Shown: positions 14,616-29,810 of the stretch, in pieces | Position numbering within the stretch: the stretch's first letter is position 1 | Layout of the letters: each line of letters begins with the position of its first letter | Source of the DNA: the human T2T-CHM13v2.0 reference genome, Homo sapiens | Strand: one strand, 5' to 3' | DNA: 64,000 nt | Assembly: GCF_009914755.1 (NCBI RefSeq) | Contig: NC_060947.1 | The notes under the pieces: generated by a model | Database searches by the model: none | Told to the model about the DNA's origin: nothing | What the model saw: the letters and a program-made list of their open reading frames with translations, nothing else | Position numbers and translations under genes: made by a program

Positions 14616-15470
14616 AATTATAAACCTGTGTATATACTGGGGTTAGTATATATTAGCACTATCTGTTGAAAGGCCTTAGAAACAATGAGATGCCAGTAAC
14701 AACAAACACATCTAGTGCCCAGGAGTTGTTGTCTAATTCCATTCTTCAACAAAAAGAACTGAGGATCCTTGGAGAAGAGGATGGAGCTAGGCCTGAGGCA
14801 GAAAATATATAGGATTGGCCTGGAGAAGTTTATAGGGCAGGAAAATGAGAGAGATTAAAAAAAATCAAGCCCACAATGATGAAGATTTGTCAAGGAGACA
14901 CCAGAACCAACCGAAAGAGCTCCTAATGGCCAAAGTTGGGGTAATTTAAGCAATAAAATACACTTCAAGAAAGTGGAGCATAACTCCCCTTCCCTTAAAG
15001 TGTGGAACTGGCTTTCTGACTGGAAAAGAAAGGAGGGAAAAGTAACTTTATAGTGGAGAAATTTTCAAAAACTACCTCAACTGTTGATCAAGGTTAGCAT
15101 CATCAGTATTAAGTCATGTTGGTAGGATTTACCCTTGATATCATATGATTAAAATAGCACTTTACCTCCCAAAACTCATAACCACAATCTAACTATGAGA
15201 TAAACAGAAGACACCCCAAAATCAAGGGAAATTCTACAAAACACCTGGCCAGTATGCCTTAAAGCTGTTAAGGTTGTAAAAAACCAAAGTAAATCTGAGA
15301 AACTGTTATATTCCAGGAGATCCTAAGGAGACATGATGACTAAATTTAGGATGTATCCAGGATGGAACTCTGGAAAATAAACCAAAGAAACCTGAATAAA
15401 TCATGGAGTTTAGTTAATGATAATACTAATATATATTTGCAATGTTTTAATACATTTGAAAAAAACACTT
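13188..15470 (+). mobile_element. L1MC-type ORF2 end and long 3'UTR
   Basis: Peptide ITDWEKIFGRYISDKEIVSKIY followed by an L1MC3-like 3'UTR. Confidence 0.75.
14554..14612. repeat. (TG)n(TA)n microsatellite
   Basis: Direct read. Confidence 0.95.
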
Positions 15471-15483
15471 TTCCACAAACCAT

Positions 15484-15626
15484 ATAATAATTTAATTTTA
15501 CATTTAAAAATAACTTACATAGTATAATTGGATTATTTGCAATACGAAGGATAAATGCTTGAGGTATAGACACCCCATTTCACATGACATGATTATTATG
15601 CATTGCATTCCTGTATCAAAACATCT

Positions 15627-15675
<49 letters not shown>

Positions 15676-15725
15676 ATACATATACATACCTACTGTGTAC
15701 CCACTAAAATTAAAATTAAAAAATT
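15484..15725 (+). mobile_element. L1MA2/3-like 3' tail with internal (TA)n
   Basis: ggataaatgcttgagg ... gtatcaaaacatctca ... tgtacccactaaaatt. Confidence 0.8.
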
Positions 15726-15747
15726 TAAGTAAATCATGCTAATCACA

Positions 15748-16020
15748 CCAGGCAAGGTGGCTCATACCTGTAACTGCAGCACTTTGGGAGGCTAAGGCAG
15801 GAGGAGGGCTTGAGGCCATGAATGCAAGACCAGTCTGGACAACATACTAAGACCCCATTTCTACAAAAACAATTAGCCAGGCATGGTGACATGCACCTGT
15901 ACTGCCAGCTAATTAGGAGGCTGAGGTAGGAGAATCACTTGAGTCCTGGTGTTTGAGGCTGCAGTGAGCTATAATCATGGCACGGCACTCCATCCTGAAT
16001 GACAGAGTGGGACTCCGACT

Positions 16021-16054
<34 letters not shown>
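15748..16054 (+). mobile_element. AluJ with (CA)n in place of the A tail
   Basis: gaggctgcagtgagctat; (CA)n at 16022-16054. Confidence 0.88.
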
Positions 16055-16057
<3 letters not shown>

Positions 16058-16422
16058 TTGTTTCTTTCTTCATATAATGCAAGGCAAAACAGGAATGGGA
16101 AAAATATAGCTTTGAGAAATTATCTATAAATGGAAGTAATTCAGCAGAAGTAGAAACCTAGAGCTTTGATGACTATGAGAACCTAGGTTTTCTAGGAATT
16201 CATGGAACTCCTGGAAATAGTTTGACACTTTCATAAGACCTGAAAAGGGATTCAAGTTCATTCTAACTAGATTTTACTGGTCAATGAATCCTTAGTTAAT
16301 ATTTGGGATACAATAAGTTAGGGTACAGAAATATTTTAGGAAGGAGAATCTTTTAAATCATTCATAGAACAGAGAAATTAGAAATAAAACATTATGATTT
16401 TATCAGTAAAATTATAACTTAC

Positions 16423-16483
16423 ATGGTAAGGCGTATTACACAATAATGTTAAAAGTCTGAGATATGGGTTGTTTATATTAATT
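16423..16483 (-). pseudogene. Pseudo-exon, 61 nt (ININNPYLRLLTLLCNTPYH)
   Basis: Acceptor tttcccctttaatattcacag, donor gtaagt, open frame in phase 2>0, 90-nt intron from the upstream exon. Confidence 0.7.
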
Positions 16484-16573
16484 CTGTGAATATTAAAGGG
16501 GAAATTTGAAATATGTATTTAGTATTAACTTTAAGAAAAACGAAGAAAGAAAGGGCCACAAAATACCACTTAC

Positions 16574-16860
16574 TTCAAAGCAGTCATCCACGGGCACGAG
16601 TGAGGTGCAAAAACAGCTGGGGTTGCTCCAAGTCAGGAATATATTTCTGGAAAATGATATCCACCAGGGCTAGGAGTATAAATTTCTAAGGAGACTCTAA
16701 TGCCTCGTTGAGAGATATTGACATATTCTCTGATAGGTCGACTGTCCTGTGATACTAGTGGATAGAATACTCCTACAGGCCTACCAATGGACATAGTTTC
16801 AGATTATCGATTGTAATTCGAGTGATGGCTAACACACCATGACTCTTGTATAAGTACAAC
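16574..16860 (-). pseudogene. Pseudo-exon, 287 nt (VVLIQESWCVSHHSNYNR*SETMSIGRPVGVFYPLVSQDSRPIREYVNISQRGIRVSLEIYTPSPGGYHFPEIYS*LGATPAVFAPHSCPWMTAL)
   Basis: Donor gtaagt, 95 codons with 2 stops, six CpGs in CpG-poor surroundings; the phase 2 end matches the next exon. Confidence 0.7.
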
Positions 16861-18154
16861 CTATATATCTATTAGCAAAGAAGGTCTCTTTCCACTTGCA
16901 GAAGTCCCCTTGCACTGGGGATAAATAAGTAGATAGAAACCACATAAACTGGAACTCTTCCCTCACAAGATAACTTCCAGATTTCTAATATTTTGAAATG
17001 TGTTTAGCCTAATTTTCCTCAATTTTAAGTGGTAAAACTGCATGAGGATAGAAACTTTAATTTTTTTGATAGCCCTTCTCAAGAAGTGACCAGTTATACA
17101 CATGCATATCTCTCATAACAAAGATTCTGAATTCGTTTTTGATGTTTGACCATGAAAGCTTCAAAGCTCAACCACTCCATTGTCCTCTTTTTCTCAAAGC
17201 TGAGAAAATTAATGAAACAACATGTACATTCTCTAGTTCACTTTTTTGGTGCCAGAGAGAAGTGCGAACCACTCAAACTCTAAAAACCCTCACTCCAGCC
17301 AGCCCCACTTCCAAATCATAATAAAAAATAAAGCCACTGGCCCCATCCCTTCACTGAAATCATTTGAACCAACTTTTGTGTCTTCCTTACTCTTCATAGG
17401 AAGCCTCTTTATGTTAACGATATGCCTTTTCCTATATCCTCTTGGTGTCTCAATACTTAAACTAAGTTTATTTGGGGAAAAGTTGATCTAATATTTAATG
17501 GCAAACCACAAGACATTTATATAACGGAAAGAGAACTCTCACAGAGTATGTACACTTGCTATCTGTGAGACACAAATATTTTCTACTCTACTGTATTCTT
17601 AATTATTTCTTTAAAAATGCTTTGGTCCACTTAATTTATTTAAAAATTCTCTAATGGGTTGTGATCCTCTAATGGTACTTTAAAGAAAGTGGTATTTTGT
17701 GGTCCTCTCTTCCTCTTCTTTAAGGTTGATACTAAATGCCTATTTCAAATTTCCTCTTTAATATCCACAGTGTTAACATAAACTTCTAAAAAATTTTTTC
17801 AGTTTCTAAAACTGACTTATCTCAGGTCATGTAAGTGGAATTATAAAAAAGCTTAGACTAAAACCCAATCTTCTCACTCCCTGCCCAACTGTCTTTTCAG
17901 TTATACCATGAGTGTTTTTTGTAGCAGTAAAAAAAAATCTCCTTTGCAAAAAAGCAAGCCATCTGTTAATATGATATAATGTCTACAGGAAAAGAACATC
18001 ATTCTGATGCTCATATTCAGACTTCCAGTGCTACATTAATATTCTTTTCATGTTTGGGTATAAGTGAGTCTTTAGTAGCTTAAATATATTACAGTCAAAT
18101 TTACTGGGACATTATGGGTTTGAAAAGGCACCAGCTAGCTGATTTTCAACTCAC

Positions 18155-18329
18155 CATTTTTAACAATAGACACTTGGTATGCAGTAGAATAAAATGTTGA
18201 CACGAGTTTGAAAACTGGTTCTCCTTTATTAAAAGAATATACATGCTATTTTAGAATTGTTAAGCTGCTCATCAAAGATGAACTGCTGACATTTAAAATA
18301 TCAAAGTATAACTAATATCGAAGCAAGTT
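18155..18329 (-). pseudogene. Pseudo-exon, 175 nt (NLLRY*LYFDILNV...YQVSIVKN)
   Basis: Acceptor ctttgcatgtag, donor gtgagt, 58 codons with 2 stops; joining to 16860 needs a frameshift. Confidence 0.5.
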
Positions 18330-19993
18330 CTACATGCAAAGTCAGCATTAAGAATTATATGTGTTGAGAAAAGTTATAAAATAATACTTTATAGGCGGAT
18401 TTGTGTGCCTAAGTTTAATATATACTAATGTATGTAAACAACAGTGAACACAAAAAATTAGATCACTATAACTTTTAAAAGACCTTTGCTACTATTATCT
18501 GAATACTTCAGGAAATAATTTTTTCCCTTAAGAAACTGTTTGAACTCAATACATGAATTAAATCCAATTCATACGAAGATATGACATCTTTAATTAACTT
18601 AAATGAATTCAAATTAAAAAATATGATCTGATTCTTATCCCAGTCATTTCATTTTCTTTGTGCATGCTTCAGACCTAGATAATGAAATACTTTGCTCCAT
18701 CAGAAGAAATCAACATATGTACACAAAGACATATATAGAAATGTGCATTCAAAATTAGACGGTGTGCTGGTCAGTTTTGAGAACTCAGTGAGGTATGGAG
18801 CTTACATTTAACTCAATTCCCTTTTGAGACTTAGGTCAGTATGAATAGGCATAGCCTGCTTTATGATGTTTTCTATGGATAAAGCCCCCTTGTGAATTCA
18901 GATCTCCTAGACTCTGATCTCATTTACTGTTCACAGAACTCCTAAGTTTTGAAAAAGAATTAATTAAATCTTATCTCTATCCCCCACTAAATTCTTGGAA
19001 CCTCAATTTACTTGCCTGGGGAATAGAAATAGTAATGTATAAGAGAGAGAGTTGTAAACATTAAATCAAATGTAATTTTATAGGCCTGGTATTCTATGAG
19101 TGTTAATTGCATTGCATTTACTATGATTGTTATCACGACCAAGTTTGGAAAATGTCTGACGGTTTTTGGTAAGCTATGTTCCCTGAAAAAAATGTTTACA
19201 TCAAGTCTTTATTTAGCCCTCTCATGTCCTTCGTGCCAACTATACAAGATAGCAAAAAACAAGGTAAATTATCAGGGTGTCTGCCACCTGAGAGGATGTG
19301 TATTGTGGGCATGGATGATTTTAGTCAGAAATCACCAATGTTAATCGAGCTTAGGAAATAATCATTCTATAGAGTAAAACCTATTCATTAGGTGAGGTGG
19401 GAAGGTACCTTGTATATTTTTCAGGAAGAGTTAAGCTCATGATTCTAGAACCAAATATTTCTACTTTTATTCCACAAGAAGTTTTGTGTGTTTGCTGATC
19501 TATTGTTAATTTTTCCTCTTCTTTTATCTTGGGCTTTAATTGGATCTTAACTGGACTTTGGCAGTCAATAAATAAAGAAGAGTACAGCAGTTTATCAGTT
19601 TGGGTATCCTATGCTTGGTATTCTTCCTGGAATGTAGAAGTTACTGCTCTCCATTAGACAAAGGAATAAGTCAATACTCAGGTTGAAAAGAAAGCTCAGT
19701 ATTTGACTTTATAAACAAAGTTCTTTTTTAACACAGAAAGAGAAATTCTAATAGAAATCATCTGAATGATTAGTCTTAATCATTGGAAAACACACAAAGC
19801 AATATTGCCTTGCCAACTGCTAAAGTACTTAGTACCTAATGTTTTCATTTATTTTAGGAGAAAATTATTCTAAAACAAAAATAAAGGCTGATAATATTTT
19901 TGCACTAACATTTTAACCATTTTATAATTCTGCAAATAATTATGAATTATATTTCTTTTAATACATTTTCATCAACCACTATTTTTAACCTAC

Positions 19994-20170
19994 TAGAAAG
20001 TTTTAAAAGAAAAATGAATTTCCAAGCATTAATGTGTTTAGCTAGAGGCATAATTTTCTGTAACTTGTTGACAAGATAATTGCATCAGTTGTTGAATCTT
20101 TCTGCTTCTGTTTTCTGAATGTTTCAATGTATTCATTTAGGTATTCCAAAGATAAAATATTTTTAAATAA
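19994..20170 (-). pseudogene. Tentative pseudo-exon, 177 nt (LFKNILSLEYLNEYIETFRKQKQK...)
   Basis: Phase 0-0, 59 codons with 2 stops, donor gtaggt, weak acceptor. Confidence 0.3.
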
Positions 20171-20589
20171 CTTTGATTTTATCAGAAAACAGTGATAAAT
20201 TTAAATTCCATGGCTCTTTTAAACTATTAGAAACTACTTATATATTAATAAAAAATGTCAAAAGATGTAGGTTCTTGAGTTGCTTCAAAAATAAGACACT
20301 AAACTTAAAAAAGAATTTTACTTTACAGTATATTCTAAAGAACCTCTATTGCTTCTATCAAACAAACTAACTACATTTGAATCTACCGTATTAATTTACC
20401 AATAATAATACCATTTTTTCAGTATTTTCACTTTTATCTTGATAATTTCAAGAATCTTCGTTTTGATTACTACATTAAATATGATATAGTAGTTAGTAAA
20501 TAATAACAATTAAGTAATTATTAAACAATAGGCCTTTATTATTACTATTAATGGGAATAGAAAAAATCTCAAATTATCAAAAATTAGTT

Positions 20590-21023
20590 TCATCTCCCTT
20601 TATCAAAAGATGGAATCTAGTTTTAAAGTCTGTGTACCTGGACTGGCTTTTTGACTTGCTTTGACCAACCGAATGAAACAGAATTGATGTGGTGCATTTT
20701 CTAAACTTAGGCCTCAGGAGGCCTAATAGCTCCATTCTCTCCTAGAAATGCTGTCACCATTTGACTAAGACCATGTTAGTCTGTTGGGAGATGAGAGATC
20801 ATGTAGTGAGAGCGGACTGGTAATCCCAGCCTTTCCATCTATGCAAACTGTGGCCTTAGACTGAACACTGACCCCAGCCAACACCTCACAGAGTAGAGAT
20901 GAACCATCCTGGCTGAGACTAGCTCAAATTGCTGGCCCACAGAGTTGCAAGCAAATGAATGATTATTGTTTTAAGCCATTAATTTTTGAGGTGGTTTTCT
21001 ATACAGCAATAGTCATCTAATAT
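20590..21023 (+). mobile_element. MLT1 (F/G/H-like) LTR
   Basis: gacttgctttgaccaa ... ttttaagcca ... acagcaatag. Confidence 0.7.
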
Positions 21024-21111
21024 AGGGATAATAGAAATATATATTACACTACTGGGGATGAATTTAAATATAGATCCTTTTAAAGGAATTTTTACATTAT
21101 ACAGATACACT

Positions 21112-21510
21112 AGTCATGAGTTTGAGTCTTGGTTCTTCACTCACTACCTGTGTGACCTTGGGCTAATGACAGAACCTCTAAGTCAGGGGTGTCCAATTTT
21201 TTGGCTTCCCTGGGCCAAACTGAAAGAAGAATTGTCTTGGGCCACACATAAAATACACTAACATTAATGATAGCTTATGAGCTAAAAAAAGTATTTTAAG
21301 AAAGTTTACGAATTTGTGTTGGGCCACATTCAAAGCTGCCCTGAGCTGCATGCAGCCAGCAGGCCCTGGGTGAGACAAGCTTGCTCTGTCTTTCTTCATT
21401 TGAAATATGGGGTTCAAAATCATTTTTAAGGTAGTTTTGAAGATTAAATGGACTAATTGATTTAAAGTATGTAACAAACTGCCTGATACCTAAAAAATGC
21501 TGAATAAACA
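21112..21510 (+). mobile_element. MIR interrupted by MER30 hAT MITE (21184-21383)
   Basis: MIR core tgtgtgaccttggg / aaatatgggg; MER30 caggggtgtccaat...gacaagcttg. Confidence 0.8.
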
Positions 21511-21534
21511 TGAAGTTATAAACATCTGCATTAC

Positions 21535-21633
21535 CTATAAAATTTCACAGAATGTTAAAAAAAGTTTTTTGTAATGACTGTGTGTAATGAAATGAATGAT
21601 TTTGTAATGAAATTCGTCATCTAAAAAATTCCT
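21535..21633 (-). pseudogene. Pseudo-exon, 99 nt (RNFLDDEFHYKIIHFITHSHYKKLFLTFCEIL*)
   Basis: Acceptor ttatttttctatgcag, donor gtaatg, symmetric phase 0, open until the last codon. Confidence 0.55.
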
Positions 21634-21948
21634 CTGCATAGAAAAATAACAAATTGAGCCTCAATATCATAAAATAATTAGAAGATTTTCATTTGTATCG
21701 AGTTAATGACCATGAGTCAATCAGACATATATTTCAGTGTTTTAAATATCATTATTTTAACTTTAGTAGATAAATTATTCTGCATTCACATTTCTGGAAA
21801 GCACATGTGGCTTGCCGTTTATCGTGACTCTCTTGATTTTAGCTAATTTAATCAGCAATTTAAAATGATGCATATTAGTAGTCCATTTGCATTCAAAAAA
21901 TTCTCTTCATTTTATATTATACAAAATTAATGGGGACAAATTACTTAC

Positions 21949-22028
21949 TCATGTGAAGTAAGAACTACTTACTACTTCATATTAGAACTACTACTGTACA
22001 ACCAAACCCCTTCAAAGAGAAAGAGCCT
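21949..22028 (-). pseudogene. Pseudo-exon, 80 nt (RLFLFEGVWLYSSSSNMK**VVLTSH)
   Basis: Acceptor tttgctcttacaaactcttag, donor gtaagt. Confidence 0.5.
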
Positions 22029-22479
22029 CTAAGAGTTTGTAAGAGCAAATAAAGATATATAAAAATTATATTCTATTTTTTCTTAAAAAAAATAAGTGTG
22101 TAAATAATTATATATTTTGCCTACTCAGTTGTTCCAATTAAGCCTTTCAAACAGAACTTCTTCAACTAGGTTCTATAGATGAGTTTCAAGAAGTCCTAGC
22201 CCATGAAAATTATATGCAACAATTTGTATATAGGTGCAAAATTACATGTATTTGATGGGGATAGAGGAAGAAGACAAAACTTTATCAGATTTCCAGAGGG
22301 AGCTATGACTCAATAAAGTTTAAGGGATTGAGGACTAAGAATTTTAAAACTGGTAGACAAGAGATGCGAAAGAAGACTGTTGAAATAATCCAAATAGTAA
22401 GTAATAAGGCTGATAATACGTCAGTGGTAGTTGGATGAAAAGGTTAGATTTGAGAAATATTTCTGAAGTAGCTGCTTTA

Positions 22480-22895
22480 TGTCAAGTACCCTAGGAAACA
22501 GTCTCTGAGATAGAAATTTGCATTCAAAAGATTGTTGAGGAGAGCTCTTGGAACCAACCCTGTAAGGCCCTGAAGGAAGCAGGACTGGGTAGAAGGCGAA
22601 ATAAAACTGCAATGCTTTTATAACAGAGACCTCAGCCCATCTTAAAAGCAGCTCTGAGCTTGGTGTGGCCCCTCAGAAATGTGTGGCACTGAGGCAATAG
22701 AGCGAGGCCTTTTCATTCCTGCATTGACCTGTGAGAAGATGCAAGCTACCTCTAAGGAAGGGACATGACTTTGGTGAGGTATCTTCTTTTAGCAGAGGGC
22801 AATTCCCAGAGAGGGACACAGAGAAAGCCCAGCAGCTGAAAGCCTGAGTGTCATGGTCTTGAAGGGAAATCTAAGTTGCTCATCACATGTCCATT
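22480..22895 (-). mobile_element. ERVL LTR (LTR33-like)
   Basis: ggaaacagtctctgagatagaaatttgc, gaaggaagcaggactggg. Confidence 0.5.
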
Positions 22896-22909
22896 AGGAA
22901 ATACGTTAC

Positions 22910-23796
<887 letters not shown>

Positions 23797-25324
23797 GGCT
23801 CTTGCTGTTTCTAAGGTCGTGAAGCCAGGTGTAGTTGCTACAACTTCCACAGCTATGAATCAAACATCACCAGGCATGACATTAATTGGTAATTGTATAG
23901 AATATCTTCTAGAAAATAGAAGAGGAGGGAACATTTTCTCGCTGACTTTATGAGGCCGTTATTACCCCGCTACCAAAATCAAACAAAGAAAGTATAAAGA
24001 AGAAGAAAACTACAGACCAATATCTGTTATAAATATAAATGCAAAATCTTCAATAAAAATTTACCAAATTGAACACAGTAATTTACAAAATATTTATACA
24101 CTGTAACCAAAAGGAATTTATTCTAGGTGTCAAGACTGTTTCAAAATATGAAAAGCTGTCCACGTAATGAATAGGTTATGAAAGAATATTATATTATTAT
24201 ATCAATTGACGCACAAAAAGCATTTGACAACACCTAATACCCATTTATGATAAGAATTCTCAGAAAACTAGGAATACCAAGGGAACTTCTTCAACTTGAT
24301 AAAGAGTATCTAAAAAACATCTACAGGTTACATGATATTTAATGGTGAAAAATCTAGTGCTTTTTCCCTCTAAGATCAGGAAGAACATGATGTCCACTTT
24401 TGCCACTCTTGTTCAACATACTACTGGAATTTTTAACCACTGCAATAAAACAAGAAGTAAGAAGTAAAAGACATCCATATTGGAAAGGAAGAAAAAACTC
24501 TTCATGGCGATGACATGATCTTGTATATAGAAAATCCTAAGAAATTCAGCAAAATCTATTAGAGCTAATATACCATCCCTATTTGAAGATGGTATGATCA
24601 TCTACATAGAAAGTGTTAATAATTTTTTTTTAAAAAACTCTTTCCAGTTTTCATCAGGTTGCAGGACACAAGATCAAAACACAAAATGAATGGCATTCTT
24701 ACAGGCTAGCAAGGAACTTTCCTACATTATTGCTTTACAAAAAAAGACTCTTGAAGGGATGACAATACAAACTACAAATTGAGACACAATATTTGCAATC
24801 CATGTATCTATCAAAGATTTGTATCTGGAATTTGTAAGAAAAAAGCCCCTTATCAAAACCTTCATAAGCCAACAGTGAAAAAACAATCAAATAGAAAATT
24901 GACAAAATACATACAGACATTTTACTAAAGAGAATAATCAGATGGCAGATAAGTACATGAAAATATATTCAGCATAATTTCCCATTAGGAAAATGTAAAT
25001 TAGAACCACAACGAGATATCTCTACAGACCTATCATAAAGGTTAAAATAGAAAATAATGACACCACCAAGTGCTAGCAAAGATGCAGAGAAACTGGACCA
25101 TTCATATATGGCTGGCATAAATGTAGTATGGTACAGTCACTGGTAAGGAATATGGCAGTTTCTTTCAAACTAATTTTGCAAGTACTATGTTACTCAGTAA
25201 TTGCACTCCAGAGCATTTACCCCAAAGAAATGAAGACTTATGTTCACACAAATACCTGTACATTAATGTTTATTTCTGCTTTATTCATTATAACCCAACA
25301 CTAAAATCAATCTAGATGTCTTTC

Positions 25325-26450
25325 TTCTTTTCTTTCTCTTCTTTTTTTGTTTAACTTTTATTTTAAGTTCTGGTTACAGGTGCAGGTTTGTTACATAGGT
25401 AAACATGTGTCATGGGGGTTTGTTGTACAGATTATTTCATCACCCAGGTATTAAGCCTAGTACCCGTTAGTTATTTTTTCTGAACCTCCTCTCCTCCCAC
25501 CCTCCACCATCTAATAGACTCCAGTGTGTGTTGTTCTCCTCTATGTTTCCATGTGTTCTCATAATTTAGCTCCAATTTATAACCAAAAACATGTATTTGG
25601 GTTTCTGTTTCTGTGTTGGTTTGCTAAAGTTAATGGCCTTTAGCTCCATCCATATCCCTGCAAATGACATGATCTTGTTTTTTTTATATGGCTGCATAAT
25701 ATTCCATGGTGTATATGTACAACATTTTCTTTACCCACTCTATCATTGATGGGCATTTAGGTTGATTCCATGTCTTTGCTATTGTAAAAGTGCTGTAATA
25801 GACATATGTGTGCATCTGTTTTTATAATAGAATGATTTATATTCATTTGGGTATATACCCAGTAACGGTATTGCTGGGTCAAATGGAATTTCTGTCTTTA
25901 GGTCTTTGAGGAATCGCCACATTGTCTTCCATAATGGTTGAACTAATTTATACTCCCAGGGTTTGTTACACAGTAAACATGTGTGCCATGGTGATTTGCT
26001 GCACAGATCATCCCATCACCTAGGTATTAAGCCCAGCATCCATTAGCTATTCTTCCTGATGCCCTCCCTCACCCATGTCAACCCTCTGACAGGCCCCAGT
26101 ATGTGTTATTCCCCACCTTGTGTTCACGTGTTCTCATCATTCTGCTCCCACTTATAAGTGAGAACATAGGGTATTTGGTTTTCTGTTCTTGTGTTAGTTT
26201 GCTGGGGATAATGGCCTCTAGCTCCATCCATGTCCCTGCAAAGGAGATGATTTCATTCCATTTTATGGCTGCATAGTATTCCATGGTGTATTTGTACCAT
26301 ATTTTCCTTATCCAGTCTATCATTGATGGGCATTTAGGTTGGTTCCATGTCTTTGCTATTGTGAATAGTGCTGCAATGAACATACATGTGCATGTATCTT
26401 TATAATAGAATGATTTATATTCCTTTGGGTATGTACCCAGTAATGCGATT
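25325..26450 (-). mobile_element. Two fused L1PA 3' ends (25325-25958; 25959-26450)
   Basis: L1 3'UTR/ORF2 C-terminus occurs twice; peptide [24 protein letters not shown]. Confidence 0.85.
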
Positions 26451-26799
26451 CCATCCTTGCCAGCTTTGAAGCAATAAAATATATTTCTTTCAATGGGTGA
26501 ATGCTTAAACAAATTGTAGTACATGCATACTGTGGAATGCTCTTTAGCAATGAAAATGAACAAATTATTTATGCACACAATAACTTCGATGAATCTCTGG
26601 GGAATTACACTGAGTGGGGAAAAAAAAGGCAATCTTAAAAGGTCACATGCTCTATGGTTCCATTTATACAACTTTCTTGAAATATGATTATAGAAATGAA
26701 GAACAGATTAGTGGTTGTCAAAAGTCAGGGATGATAAGGGATGAGGCAGACAAAAGGGAGGAGGGTTTGGCTATCCAGGATCAACAAGAGGAAGTCTTG

Positions 26800-27592
<793 letters not shown>

Positions 27593-28197
27593 TCATAGTG
27601 AAAAGTTGGATTAAAAGTAATAAATACTCTAACTTTCTAACCCATAATTTTCTAACCCATAATTTCCAAAATTTCCTTAGCTAAAAAAAAAAAACTGTTT
27701 TTCTGATATGGTCATATAAATATTCCATATAACTAATTTCCTGTAGTTCATATTATCTTTTAAAAAGCTACACTTTATATTATATTTTAGATAATAAAAA
27801 TGGAATAAAGTCTAGAAAACAAAGACCATTGCCAAAATAACCATACATAATATGCAGACCTGCTAATGCCTAGGTTAATTTTTGAGTCACTATATAGACA
27901 ACTGAGATTTTGTAGGACTTAGAGAAAGGCTGTGATTTTTAGAAATAGTATGTAATACTGAAAGTGCTGTATCTAATATCACCAACAATTGAGTATAAAT
28001 AGATAGCTGCATTACAGTTAATCTATCATAAATGTTTTATTTATCCTTATATGCATGTATCATGTTACTTAGACTGTTTGAATATTTTTGTTATTCAGGG
28101 GGTTTTATTTATAATGACATTATGCATAGAACAGTGTGATTTGTATAATAATAAAGAAAGTTTGTAAACATTTCCAATTGTACTTTAGAATTGTTAC

Positions 28198-28290
28198 TTG
28201 ATTCCTGTCCCAAGTAAGGACATTTGCAATGGTTAATAAAGAGAGAGGGAGAGGATTTTGGTAACAGCCTATCAGTTTCTGAGTCAAACA
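28198..28290 (-). pseudogene. Pseudo-exon, 93 nt (CLTQKLIGCYQNPLPLSLLTIANVLTWDRNQ)
   Basis: Acceptor atatatttccag, donor gtaaca, open symmetric phase 0 frame. Confidence 0.55.
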
Positions 28291-29415
28291 CTGGAAATAT
28301 ATCTTACTTGCAAATAAAAATGTTAAAGTGAAAGTCTTCAAAAAGAGGGGGAAGAAACTACATTTCACAATGTAAATTATTTAAATATCATAATATGTAA
28401 TATGGTAAATGATTGATTATCTTTCCCAGAGTGAGTGTCTTTCTCCTCTTCCGTATCTATTTAAAGCCCCTCTTTCTTCAGGTTCATTTTAAGTACCATT
28501 TCAAATTTAATCTCCGTCAGGAAAAATAAATTCAACCAACAGTGATAATCATTGTTAACCACATATAGTACCCTTATTGTTTTATCTACATAATAAATAT
28601 GCTTTTATATATTTATTACTTAGCAGTACAATATGGTATTATTAGCCATTATATTTATCTACTATTTTTTCTTCTAAGTAGTTTGGAAGAGGTCATTTAG
28701 GACAGGGATTACGTCAAACAAGTCCTCATCTCTGTAACTATATAGTACGTGAACTTTTCAAAGTGACATGGTTATTAAGTAATCTAGCAAAGATTTGAAC
28801 ACAACTATTTTAATACTAAGTTCTGTACTCTTGACATTGTTTTATGTTCTCCTCTGCTGATATGACTGAACAAACTCATCTAAACATTGACAAATAGGGT
28901 TATAGGACTCATTAAATAAATTGTAGTAAATACAATAGGGTTCTAACTTATTTTTGAAAGGAATGAGGGAGACCTATATTTACTGACATAGAAAGACTTT
29001 CAAGACATTTGGGATCAATTTAAAAGCCAAGCATAGGGCAATGAGTCTAATATATGTAATATGCTGCAATTTGTGTAAAATAAATGAAAAATCTATGTTC
29101 TAATATGTTTGTATACGCATAGGCTACCTCCAGATAAATATATAAGAAACCAACCAAGGAACTGATTTTATTTTTGTTGAATAACTTCTATAAAGCTTGC
29201 ATTATTTTTTTTACCACATGTATTAGAAGAAAAAGTCCTATGGCATGATGACAATGTTATTTTCTCCTAATGGTAAGAATTTCTTAGGCTAGGAATCACA
29301 TTTGCGGCAAGAGAGGTTTTTAAAAATGTAAAAACTACTGGGTTGAGGAATATACTTCATCAAATAAAAACTTTTTGTAACATTTTTATGTATAATAATA
29401 TGTGTATACTATTAC

Positions 29416-29571
29416 TTGAAGGATAATTTAAATCGTAGAGTATAAGTTACAAAGTACTTCCCACCTGCGACTCATAAAAAAATCAAGTTGATTGTTCAAC
29501 AGAGAGATTATGTCATATGTTTATGAATATGCCAGGACCCAGTGTCATCTGTTAGCTCAATTCCTGTGGAG
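29416..29571 (-). pseudogene. Pseudo-exon, 156 nt (PQELS*QMTLGPGIFIN/YDIISLLNNQLDFFMSRRWEVLCNLYSTI*IILQ)
   Basis: AG acceptor, donor gtaata; this reading needs one 1-nt frameshift. Confidence 0.5.
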
Positions 29572-29810
29572 CTATACATATTTATGAAATCACAAGTAGA
29601 AGTTATAAATGTGCAGCACTAAGATTTGCAAAGTAAAATGTGCTGCTGCTTATTCTCACTCATCAAATTCATTATTTATTTACAATATTTATAATTGCTA
29701 AATAAAAGAGTACATCATTTAATTTATAAAATATAAAACTATGGGGAAAACTTGATTACTACAGTATTGTGAGCCTACTTGTAGTTATTAAGCAGAAAGC
29801 AGAAACTTAT

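Noticed and set aside
15484-15725. Plus-strand L1MA tail as the inverted missing end of the 5660-13187 element
   Set aside because: No shared TSD or breakpoint evidence; an independent insertion is simpler
16158-16239. Open frame GLMKVSNYFQEFHEFLENLGSH after a good acceptor
   Set aside because: Phase does not match the preceding exon and the donor is poor; may be a DNA-transposon remnant
26078-26671. 197-aa ORF
   Set aside because: Chance fusion of an antisense L1M 3'UTR and L1PA ORF2
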